From positions 1-29,993 of IMG/VR virus record IMGVR_UViG_3300035102_000171: a stretch of 29,993 nucleotides of DNA; one strand, written 5' to 3'. Positions 15,940 to 24,120 of the stretch are shown piece after piece (the first letter of the stretch is position 1; the number at the start of each line of letters is the position of its first letter). A model generated the notes under the pieces. That model had not been told where the DNA came from and searched no databases. It worked only from the letters and a program-made list of their open reading frames with translations. A program made the translations under genes and the position numbers. The stretch comes from a virus (taxonomy: Duplodnaviria > Caudoviricetes).

Positions 15940-17505
15940 ATGGAACGAATTAACACCGATAGTCCAGACTCTATCGAGACGGATGACCCAATGACAACCA
16001 TTCAGATTAAATCATCCACTCGTGAGACTCTCAAGCAACTGCCAGGCACGTATGATCAAATACTTGCTACTACTTTTAAGCAAACTTCCACACCGGCACC
16101 GAAAACAAAAGAGGAAGGCGTCGTCTTTGTATCGTCAACCGGGAGCATCTACACCGCTCCAACCATTGACGCAGACAAGATTGTGCAGTTCCTTGAGAAC
16201 CCATATCTCCGGAGTGCTCTAAACAGCTATATGAACATTATTTTCCCTGCACCGGTTGAGGTTGAAGTCACGGGCCCCGACGGCGAGATCGACGAGGACA
16301 TGACAAAACAGTTCAAGAGCATTGTAAACAGTCCAAATATAAGGCTCAACGAGCTGATGAAAAAGGCATATTGGAACCGCATGGCCTTTGGATGTGGGAT
16401 ATTAAACCCTGTCTGGAGGCGTGACGGCAACGAACTACTCCCGTACAATTTCAGGATATTGCCCTCGGATTCTTTCGATACTGCCCCTGATGGCTACGAC
16501 GAAGTCTACAGCAGCATCATGCAGGGCGTTGTTATCAATGACAAGGGCAAGGTCGAAGTCTGGCAGCGCAAGGATAGCATGAGTATGGATACTACACAGA
16601 TTAAGAACTTCTACCTGGTCAAGGATCCTATGGACTCTGGCCTTGCAGGAGATTCCCGGCTTGTTCCACTCATTGCTATTCTGGATATGCTCAAATACTG
16701 CTGGAACACCGAAATGCAGGCATGTAACCGCGCAGGCAGCCCCATAGTTTTTATCAAAGTCAGCAGTCCACAGAAGGGCAACAATAAGAACGGCGGTGTC
16801 GGGGATGTAGAATACGCTAACAAGATCATCAAAAACTGGAGTGTTAACAAACAATACCAACTCAGGGAGAACATGGAGGTTGTTACTGTTGACACAAAGG
16901 GCAGCAAGAATATACTTGATACTATCACGGTCCTGGAGCAAGTAATAAACGACTATTTCTCACCTACAAAGCTCATCAGCAAAGACGGCAGCCATCCCCT
17001 CGGTTCATCAGGTCCTGAGCTGCAACTGCTCAACCAGGCAATTCAGAGTGAGCACAGGTGGCTTGAAGATCAGTTCGAGCAACTTCTCAACAAGTACTTT
17101 GAATATAATGCATACCCCGAAGGCTACCAGGTACACCTGCACATTCCTATCATCGAACCTGACCAGAGCGAGCTACACATCCAACAAGTTGACATGGCTA
17201 TCAAAGGTCAGGCGGTTGACCTGGACGACATCAGGGCAAAGCTCGGATTCGACCCGGCAGATGATGAGAAAAGGGCAAAAATAGCCGAGTTCTGGCAGTC
17301 TCAGCAACCGGCACAGGCCCCCGCCGAGGCCTTACCATTCAAGATGAAAGACCATAATCACGACCACGAGCCGTTAAACTTCCGCAAACATCCATATGTC
17401 AAGGCCATCGAGGAAACTGAAGAACTTATAGACAGTGCTCTCAAGGACAGCCTGGAATCTATGAGCGATAAGATAATGGAAGCTGTCAAGGAGAGTGTTG
17501 AATAA
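15940..17505 (+). CDS. portal protein
   Basis: 521 aa, placed between terminase and the gpF-like gene; FG.G.L...W, G.S.L.PL and IR..LGFDP portal-like motifs. The true start may be ATG 15991. Confidence 0.8.
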   Translation: MERINTDSPDSIETDDPMTTIQIKSSTRETLKQLPGTYDQILATTFKQTSTPAPKTKEEGVVFVSSTGSIYTAPTIDADKIVQFLENPYLRSALNSYMNIIFPAPVEVEVTGPDGEIDEDMTKQFKSIVNSPNIRLNELMKKAYWNRMAFGCGILNPVWRRDGNELLPYNFRILPSDSFDTAPDGYDEVYSSIMQGVVINDKGKVEVWQRKDSMSMDTTQIKNFYLVKDPMDSGLAGDSRLVPLIAILDMLKYCWNTEMQACNRAGSPIVFIKVSSPQKGNNKNGGVGDVEYANKIIKNWSVNKQYQLRENMEVVTVDTKGSKNILDTITVLEQVINDYFSPTKLISKDGSHPLGSSGPELQLLNQAIQSEHRWLEDQFEQLLNKYFEYNAYPEGYQVHLHIPIIEPDQSELHIQQVDMAIKGQAVDLDDIRAKLGFDPADDEKRAKIAEFWQSQQPAQAPAEALPFKMKDHNHDHEPLNFRKHPYVKAIEETEELIDSALKDSLESMSDKIMEAVKESVE

Positions 17506-18131
17506 TGCCTCAAAACGAATCTGACAGGATAGACGAATTCCCTCCCGATCTTGAGCAGGCTGTCGAGTCAGCGGTCGGTATCATGGCATCTGAGCGGCTC
17601 ACGATCCTTGTCAAGAACGCAGGCAAAGCGTACATGGCCGGGGATGTATGGGCGCACAGGAAACTAAAAATAGACATCGACTTCGATGTAGTGCAGCAGG
17701 AAGCCCTGGACTATGTGAAAGCGTACAGGAAGGAAGTACAGGCCGGATACACAACTATCAAAGGCGAAAAAATATACTGGCTCCGGGACCGCACAAAAGA
17801 CGAGCGAAAAAGGATAGTCAATGTTATTGAAAAGGGCATAAAAGAAGGTCAGAGTATCCCTGACATTGCCAAGGCCCTGCGGAGCGAGGTTGATGTTCTC
17901 GAGAGTCAGGCAACCCGTATCGCACGCACTGAGGTAGCACGGATCCAGAACCATGGGGCTATCAACCGATTCAAAAAATACGGGATTGAAAAAGTAAAAT
18001 GGTTAGTATTTGAGCCATGTGAGCTGTGCGCACCATTTGCCAATAATGTTTATGAGATTGATAACCTACCGGATGAGATTCCCGTACATCCTGCGTGCCG
18101 CTGTGCCCTTGCTCCAGTTGTTAACAACTAA
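17505..18131 (+). CDS. head morphogenesis protein (SPP1 gp7/Mu gpF-like)
   Basis: ATRIARTE, KW....C..C and P.HPACRC motifs. Confidence 0.9.
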   Translation: MPQNESDRIDEFPPDLEQAVESAVGIMASERLTILVKNAGKAYMAGDVWAHRKLKIDIDFDVVQQEALDYVKAYRKEVQAGYTTIKGEKIYWLRDRTKDERKRIVNVIEKGIKEGQSIPDIAKALRSEVDVLESQATRIARTEVARIQNHGAINRFKKYGIEKVKWLVFEPCELCAPFANNVYEIDNLPDEIPVHPACRCALAPVVNN

Positions 18132-18148
18132 CAGAGGAGCGAATTAAC

Positions 18149-18400
18149 ATGATAAGCCTATACCTTGCCATCGTTGGGGAGTTGTTCTACCATTACGGCA
18201 CATTCTTCCTTAAAAGGTGGAAAGACCCCACTATTCCGTATGAGTGGGACTATTTCTTCATAATGGTTATTGCTATGATGATCACGTATGCAGCATTCCT
18301 ACATGGGCTTCTCGGGAACATCGTGCATGATATAGCGATAGTGTTTGCGAGCAACAAGGCCGGGAGGGTAATCCTGACAGGGTTAAGAATAATATTATAA
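18149..18400 (+). CDS. small multi-pass membrane protein, holin-like
   Basis: 83 aa with 2-3 hydrophobic helices and a basic C-terminus; CGAATTAAC-ATG start. Confidence 0.55.
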   Translation: MISLYLAIVGELFYHYGTFFLKRWKDPTIPYEWDYFFIMVIAMMITYAAFLHGLLGNIVHDIAIVFASNKAGRVILTGLRIIL

Positions 18401-18429
18401 ATTCATGCAAAATCTTGCTTAAGAACATT

Positions 18430-18446
18430 ACTTATATATGTAACCT
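18430..18446 (+). promoter_or_regulatory. promoter element shared with the capsid operon
   Basis: ACTTATATATGTAACCT, 15/17 identical to 21304-21320. Confidence 0.6.
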
Positions 18447-18600
18447 TCGTCAAAATTAGCAACGGAACGAATTAACATGGCAGCTATGAAACGAATTAGA
18501 CTGTTCTGTACTGGATAGGCTACTCGGTGAGCTTACGCTTTGTTTTTCTTCCACTCATATTGGATTACAACTATCTAAAACCAAAAAATAGAGGTAAAAT

Positions 18601-19167
18601 ATGGCCATAGAAACGATAATTATGGAAAATCTAGAGTCGCTGTCATGGTTTGCAGTGGCTACGATTGGTGCTGTCACCCTCGCAATGAGGAAGTACGTAC
18701 CAGTCATGTGGAAAATTGTCAAGGATGGTGACATCGATGCAGCAGACATGAGTCTTGTCCTCGCACAGTTCAACACAGGAAAGCTGGCAAAGATCGCCAA
18801 GAAGCTGGAAAACCTTGATGCTCAGGACATAGAAGGGTTCTACAACATGGGAACTATGACTGATGAGGAGCTCAAGAGCTTCATGAATGCTATGTTTGAG
18901 CTTGCAGGCGTATCCCGTGACGAGAGGGACACTGTCATCAAACTGGTAGCAGATGGCAAGACCAAGGACATGGATTATATTTTCGAGGAGGTCGATGTCG
19001 AAGCGGTAAAGGCCCTCGTGGTTGCATTCAAGCAGCTTAACATGACACAGTTCATGACAAACAAGGATGCCACTCCTGAGATGAAAGAGAAGCTCTATCA
19101 GGCCGTCAAGGCAGCTATGAGCAAGAACACCAGCGACCTTAACGCACTACAGAAGGTGCTCGTATAA
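18601..19167 (+). CDS. membrane-anchored all-helical protein, candidate ESCRT-III adaptor
   Basis: N-terminal hydrophobic helix LSWFAVATIGAVTLAM followed by RK, then a soluble helical region; 14 nt upstream of the Snf7-like gene. Confidence 0.6.
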   Translation: MAIETIIMENLESLSWFAVATIGAVTLAMRKYVPVMWKIVKDGDIDAADMSLVLAQFNTGKLAKIAKKLENLDAQDIEGFYNMGTMTDEELKSFMNAMFELAGVSRDERDTVIKLVADGKTKDMDYIFEEVDVEAVKALVVAFKQLNMTQFMTNKDATPEMKEKLYQAVKAAMSKNTSDLNALQKVLV

Positions 19168-19181
19168 GGGCGTGGTCGGCA

Positions 19182-19775
19182 ATGGCAGGGACGATAAAAA
19201 AGAATCTGACCAGAGCCAAGCGGGCAATAACAGGGGCTAAAGCCCCCACGCCTGCGGAAGCTATCAAAAGATGCTCGATTGATATCCGTAAACTCGAATC
19301 CAGGGAGAAGATCGAGAGAAGAGATTATAAGAGACTGATGGCGGAGTATGAGTCGTTGGAAGGCAGAGGGATGACACGCGAGGCTGATGCACTCCTTGAT
19401 AAGATCGTATCAAAGGAAGGCCTGATAAAATCACTGTCTCAGCAGATAGTAGCCAGAAATAACTATGTCAACAAGCTCGAAAAGTGCGAATCACTTGCTG
19501 AGTTCGCTAAAATGAATGATGAGTTTCTTGGACTTGTTAAAGGACTTGAGATGCAGGGCGTGTCGCCAGAAGAGATCGAAAGCAATGCAATCGAGATGCA
19601 GAGTGCAATGGATAAGTTGTCAGATATCACAGAGACTGTAGAGTCCTCTATGGAGGCCGCATATGTTGATGAGGTAAGCAACAACCAGCGCAAGGAAGCT
19701 ATCCGGGCTGAAACTCGTGCAAAGATCAGAGCTGAGAAGGGAGCAATCCCGAAGGATATCAGCCAGGACCTTTAA
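19182..19775 (+). CDS. ESCRT-III/Snf7 (PspA superfamily)-like protein
   Basis: 197 aa; basic N-terminal helical hairpin with G...EA..L turn, acidic C-terminal half (SPEEIESNAIEMQSAMDKLSDITETVESSM) and terminal helix; near an MIT-AAA ATPase. Confidence 0.7.
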   Translation: MAGTIKKNLTRAKRAITGAKAPTPAEAIKRCSIDIRKLESREKIERRDYKRLMAEYESLEGRGMTREADALLDKIVSKEGLIKSLSQQIVARNNYVNKLEKCESLAEFAKMNDEFLGLVKGLEMQGVSPEEIESNAIEMQSAMDKLSDITETVESSMEAAYVDEVSNNQRKEAIRAETRAKIRAEKGAIPKDISQDL

Positions 19776-19803
19776 AGCCGGGACTCTCCGGCTGTTATTT
19801 TTT
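19776..19803 (+). terminator. hairpin plus T-tract
   Basis: AGCCGG-gactct-CCGGCT followed by GTTATTTTTT directly after the stop. Confidence 0.55.
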
Positions 19804-19814
19804 ATGGTGATTAT

Positions 19815-20084
19815 ATGGACTTTGAAGAAGCACTAAAGGAACTTAAATCCGGGAAAAAGATTACAAACAAAAACTGGAATGGAAAGGATATGTATCTGTT
19901 CATGCAGCCCGGATATCTAAACGGAGTTCCAGCTAACGAGGTTACGGCAAAGGGAATGGGTATTCCCGTGGGCAAAGAGGTGAAGGTAGACCCGTACATA
20001 ATGATGGTAAATGCCGACGGCTTTTTGGTGCCATGGACTCCTTCGCAGATGGATCTCTTTTCTCTCGAATGGGAAGTAGTTTAA
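19815..20084 (+). CDS. DUF2829/Tad2-like protein (candidate signal-molecule sponge)
   Basis: MDFEEALKELKSGKKI....WNGKDMYL...PYI.......VPWTPSQMDLFS.EWEVV family signature. Confidence 0.85.
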   Translation: MDFEEALKELKSGKKITNKNWNGKDMYLFMQPGYLNGVPANEVTAKGMGIPVGKEVKVDPYIMMVNADGFLVPWTPSQMDLFSLEWEVV

Positions 20085-20185
20085 AATTAAAATGAGTTGA
20101 CGGGATGGAAGGGTAGTGATATTCTCACCACCTTTCTATTACTAAATTAATTAATGTTGGTTATATACTTTCTGACGAGGTTCTT

Positions 20186-21277
20186 ATGAATTATACAGCA
20201 GAGGCAGAGGCAAGGGGCTATGCACAGGCGGCGAGCAGTCTTGAGAAAGATGATCCGCACAGGGCAAGTGAACTGTATGCAGAATGTGCAAAACTCTACA
20301 CTCAGATAGCCAACGACCCCGAAACTGACAACCCCGAGTACTATAAGCAAAGAGCAGAAGATTATCAGGACTTGTCAAAAAGAGTGCTACCACGCAGCAT
20401 TAACGAGGGTAATGCAAAGAGCATTAAAGAAAATCTGGTCATGGCTCAAATACCTGACATATCATTTGCAGATATAGGAGGCCTTGAGGACATAAAGCGG
20501 GAGATCAGGAAGGCCATTATCTATCCATTTTCACACAAGCACATCTATGATTATTACGGCAAGAAGGCCGGACAGGGTATTCTAATGTACGGCCCCCCCG
20601 GATGTGGTAAAACCATGATGGCAAAAGCCGCAGCACATGAGAGCGGGGCTGCATTCATCAACGTCAGGACATCGACTATCATGTCACGATATGTAGGCGA
20701 ATCCGAGCAGCATATCAAAGAAGTGTTTGAGGCTGCCAGGGAGCACGAGAAGGCAATCATATTCTTTGATGAAATAGACAGCATTGCCTCTCGCAGGAGT
20801 GAGTCGGAGGATTACATTAAGCGAGTTGTGAACGAGCTACTAACGCAACTGGACGGCGTGGATACATCAAATGATAACTTTCTTGTTATCGCTGCCACAA
20901 ACACCCCGTGGTTAATCGATCCGGCTTTCCGCAGGCCTGGAAGATTTTCTAAACTACTACTTATTCCAGAACCTGATCATCCTGCACGGGAAGCAATTCT
21001 TTCAAACAATTTCAAAAACAAACCGTTCACTGGAATACATGCGGCTGATATTGCAGCAATGACAGCAGGATATTCCGGGGCAGACCTTACAGCACTATGT
21101 GAGGATGCTCTTGACCTCCCTCTCCACGAAGCTCTGAGCACCGGCAACACCCGGCCGGTAAACATGGGGGATATCATGCAAGCACTCGATGGCCGGCAGA
21201 GCTCAACAAGATCATGGTACATAGAAGCAGAGCGAGAACTTGAGAAATATGGTGAGAAAGACATATTCACTTTTTAG
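20186..21277 (+). CDS. Vps4/CdvC-like AAA+ ATPase with N-terminal MIT-like domain
   Basis: About 65-aa three-helix N-terminus (A..YA..A...EK.D...A.ELY...A..Y...YKQRAEDY); F.DIGGL, GPPGCGKT, IMSRYVGESE, FFDEID, ATNTPW.ID.AFRRPGRF, GYSGADL; TTATATA at 20161 suggests a leaderless start. Confidence 0.85.
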   Translation: MNYTAEAEARGYAQAASSLEKDDPHRASELYAECAKLYTQIANDPETDNPEYYKQRAEDYQDLSKRVLPRSINEGNAKSIKENLVMAQIPDISFADIGGLEDIKREIRKAIIYPFSHKHIYDYYGKKAGQGILMYGPPGCGKTMMAKAAAHESGAAFINVRTSTIMSRYVGESEQHIKEVFEAAREHEKAIIFFDEIDSIASRRSESEDYIKRVVNELLTQLDGVDTSNDNFLVIAATNTPWLIDPAFRRPGRFSKLLLIPEPDHPAREAILSNNFKNKPFTGIHAADIAAMTAGYSGADLTALCEDALDLPLHEALSTGNTRPVNMGDIMQALDGRQSSTRSWYIEAERELEKYGEKDIFTF

Positions 21278-21303
21278 GGTAGCTGCGTATGAATTGCGGC
21301 ATA

Positions 21304-21422
21304 ACTTATATATGCAACTTACATGATACAATTGTTAAGAGCAAACGCAAGGATTTTGTGGCTGCTTTGGTCTGAAACGAATTAACAACTACCTGAACGA
21401 ATTAACATAGAAGCGAATTAAC
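21304..21422 (+). promoter_or_regulatory. late promoter and 5' UTR with three CGAATTAAC copies
   Basis: ACTTATATATGCAACTT at 21304; motif at 21378, 21398 and 21414, the last abutting the ATG. Confidence 0.7.
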
Positions 21423-22424
21423 ATGGATGAACAGAAGGTCATCACCGAGCCTAGACTGTTTTTGCATAGCGAAGCTAGCCCACACTCCACACATGATGCC
21501 ATAGTTCAGACTCTCGACCGAAATGTCGGAGGCGTACCACTTTCTACATCGATGTTTGAATCCAGTCTCAAAGACTGGGATGGCATTCCCCTTGTGTTTG
21601 CTCAAGACCATCCTGATATGGAACTATATGAGAGGGATCCCGAAGCAGCTCTGGAAGCTGTCAAAGGTCGTCATGTAGGTACATTTTCAGACCCCGCTAT
21701 CAAGAAAGAAGGCCATCCAAGGCTGTGGGGTAAGTTCAATTTTACTGACCCGGAAATGAAAGAGTTATCTGATGAGGGGAAACTGTCTCTATCTACTGCT
21801 TTCTGGGCTTTAAAACAAAATGGTGAGTATGTCGGTACAAGACCACAAAATATCCTGGTGTTCCAAGAAACAGAGCGCGACCTCCCTCGTGATCTTGGTA
21901 CCGGCATACTCAACAAAGATTCTCATAATTCAAATCAACTAAATCAACTAAATGGTGAAAACATGCCAGACGAAACGAATGACAAACTAGTTTCCACCCA
22001 GCTCGTGGCTGTTCAGAACAAGTATGAAGCAGCAGTTCAGGAACTGGAGACTACAAAGAAGGAACTCAAATCCGAGCAGGTCAAAAATAAGACTCTCGAA
22101 GATGAGAACGCAGCAAAGGACGAGAAAATAAAAGCACTTGAGGAAGAAAACCAGACTTTCAAACAGAAAGAAATCGACGGAAAGTGGGTAGCTCTCAAGA
22201 ACAAGTTACCAAAGGGACTAGTACACGACGAAGCAGCAACCAAAGCCTCCAGAGAAGAGTGGGAGAAAGACCCGCAGGCATTCATGTTCAAGGTCGTCGA
22301 TGCTATGAGCAAGCAGCCAGACGGCACAGAAGAAGAAGGGCAGCAGTTCAGGCAGCATGGCAGGACTGAAGACGATGTCCAGGTAGATAAGGACCTGGAA
22401 GAAATGGGGATCAATCTGATTTAA
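21423..22424 (+). CDS. prohead protease/scaffold fusion
   Basis: Globular N-domain (W.G.PLV...HP, VG....P, LSLS) followed by a long acidic coiled coil; upstream of capsid genes. Confidence 0.75.
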   Translation: MDEQKVITEPRLFLHSEASPHSTHDAIVQTLDRNVGGVPLSTSMFESSLKDWDGIPLVFAQDHPDMELYERDPEAALEAVKGRHVGTFSDPAIKKEGHPRLWGKFNFTDPEMKELSDEGKLSLSTAFWALKQNGEYVGTRPQNILVFQETERDLPRDLGTGILNKDSHNSNQLNQLNGENMPDETNDKLVSTQLVAVQNKYEAAVQELETTKKELKSEQVKNKTLEDENAAKDEKIKALEEENQTFKQKEIDGKWVALKNKLPKGLVHDEAATKASREEWEKDPQAFMFKVVDAMSKQPDGTEEEGQQFRQHGRTEDDVQVDKDLEEMGINLI

Positions 22425-22434
22425 GGTGGTAAAA

Positions 22435-22806
22435 ATGGCAGCAGGAGATATAAAAGGACCTTGTAAGGTTATCAAGGTTACAAGTGGTGCAGCAGTCACA
22501 GTTGGTCAGGTTGTACACATTGGATCTGACGGGTATTGGGGTCCGGCAGCAGATACAGATGTCGGTAAATTCGGAGTTGCTCTTGATGCAGCTAGTGGCT
22601 CCGGGGAAGAGATCAGGATAGTTATAGAAGGGCCTGTAGAAGTCACTGCAACAGCAGCAGCAATCGCCAAAGGTGCACACGTCATGGCCGGAGCAGGTGG
22701 GCTAGTAGCAGAAGCAGACCATGTGGCAGCATATGATATAGTCGGTACTGCACTGGACGCATTCTCAGCCAGTGGTACGGCCACGGTCCATGTAGGTATG
22801 ATGTGA
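22435..22806 (+). CDS. capsid cement/decoration protein (DUF2190-like)
   Basis: A/G/V-rich; FGVALDAA, AIAKGA.V and VGTALDA motifs; ATG after AGGTGG; directly before the major capsid gene. Confidence 0.75.
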   Translation: MAAGDIKGPCKVIKVTSGAAVTVGQVVHIGSDGYWGPAADTDVGKFGVALDAASGSGEEIRIVIEGPVEVTATAAAIAKGAHVMAGAGGLVAEADHVAAYDIVGTALDAFSASGTATVHVGMM

Positions 22807-22816
22807 GGTGTAAAAT

Positions 22817-23665
22817 ATGCCTGGAGTAACAACAGCAACAAGTATTAACGGCGTCCTCGATGCAAATGCAAAGAAGATACTCACTAACGTAATGAAAGAA
22901 TCTGTAGAGATGTCCGGGGTTTCCCAACTCTTGCAGAGGGTCCCGGTTCCAAATCTTGTAGGTTCTATACCAGTAGCATCTGCCGGAAGCGTTGACGAGG
23001 ATCTTGACGAGTTCGAGCACAGTGATGTAAACGGCGGTAAGTTCTACAACCTTGAATACAACCTCAAGAAGGACCGTGTTAAGCTCATGTCCTCAGATGA
23101 GGCAGAAATCAAGAGTCTTAAGGGCAGTCCTCTGAGCATCCAGATATCTGCAAGTGCCATGCAGCTCTCTGCAACACTCGATAAGAAGTCAGCAGAAGCA
23201 CTGGACACCGCCCCACAGACCGTATCAGCAGCCACTCTTTGGGATACATCTACAAACAACATCTACAAAGAGATATCAAGAGCAAAGGCTCTGATGAAGC
23301 CATATAAGCCGGATGCTATTATCATGACACAGGATGTATATGATGCGTACATCTCGAATGATACTCTGCTCACACTAGCAACAGGTAACCCTACAGTCAT
23401 GCAGAACTCTGAGGGAATCATGCCAGGCACATCCCTGAACGTCTTTGTGGATGATAACATCACAGCAAAGAGTGCAATCCTGTGCAAATCTCAGGTATGT
23501 GGTGCAATTGGTCAGGGCCCTGTTAAAGCTCGCCAGTGGGACGATGGAGACAGTGGTGCAAAGGTCTACCAGTACGATGTATTCAGACAGGCAAAGGACT
23601 GTATCTTCAAGAACGCAAGCAACAAGAACATGGCAGCAGTACAGATCACAGGCCTAATATCCTGA
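22817..23665 (+). CDS. major capsid protein (HK97 fold inferred)
   Basis: 282 aa; position after cement gene; W.....NI...I......P.AIIM...VY..Y pattern; GAGGTG RBS and T-tract terminator. Confidence 0.8.
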   Translation: MPGVTTATSINGVLDANAKKILTNVMKESVEMSGVSQLLQRVPVPNLVGSIPVASAGSVDEDLDEFEHSDVNGGKFYNLEYNLKKDRVKLMSSDEAEIKSLKGSPLSIQISASAMQLSATLDKKSAEALDTAPQTVSAATLWDTSTNNIYKEISRAKALMKPYKPDAIIMTQDVYDAYISNDTLLTLATGNPTVMQNSEGIMPGTSLNVFVDDNITAKSAILCKSQVCGAIGQGPVKARQWDDGDSGAKVYQYDVFRQAKDCIFKNASNKNMAAVQITGLIS

Positions 23666-23672
23666 TTCTGTA

Positions 23673-23686
23673 CTCTTTTCTTTTTT
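23673..23686 (+). terminator. oligo-T terminator
   Basis: CTCTTTTCTTTTTT after the capsid gene stop. Confidence 0.5.
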
Positions 23687-23697
23687 GAGGGGATGCA

Positions 23698-24120
23698 ATG
23701 GGTATCACACTAGACGCTGATTGGATCGCGGATATATCCCCGTACTCAGTAGGTGACACCGGGAGTGAAACGATTACAACAGCACAGTTATCTCGCTATC
23801 TCGGTGTAGTCGAATCCAGAGCAGAAGAGGATAATGCAACAGATTACATGATGGCACTACTGGTGTGTGATCTCATTGAAAGGAAAAACGGAAACCTGAA
23901 TATCAAATCTGAGAAAATTGGATCTGATTATTCAATCCAGTATGACAATGCAGAGAAAACACAGTATATGGGACTGTATGAGCAGGAACTTGCACGACAT
24001 GAGCAGGGATTGGTAGCATCTGACGGCATTGACAGAGCGGACTCGGTGCTCGAGTTCTCGAAACTCGACCAGGTTAGACTCCCAGACACGAACCAAGACG
24101 ATGATTTCAGTACATGGTGA
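23698..24120 (+). CDS. head-tail adaptor
   Basis: ALLVC.LI, IKSEKIG.DYSIQY and T.Y...Y motifs; follows the capsid gene. Confidence 0.75.
   Translation: MGITLDADWIADISPYSVGDTGSETITTAQLSRYLGVVESRAEEDNATDYMMALLVCDLIERKNGNLNIKSEKIGSDYSIQYDNAEKTQYMGLYEQELARHEQGLVASDGIDRADSVLEFSKLDQVRLPDTNQDDDFSTW

Noticed and set aside
15768-15953. 61-aa ORF upstream of the portal gene
   Set aside because: No recognisable features, and it overlaps promoter-like AT tracts and motif copies, so it is more likely a leader region.
21275-21292. Pyrrolysine read-through at TAG stops
   Set aside because: The TAG stops I checked (21275, 18516) are followed by another stop within a few codons, and no split gene needs read-through.
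21371-21422. Triple CGAATTAAC as a mini-CRISPR array
   Set aside because: The repeat is only 9-12 nt with 7-11 nt gaps, far below CRISPR dimensions, and no cas genes are present.
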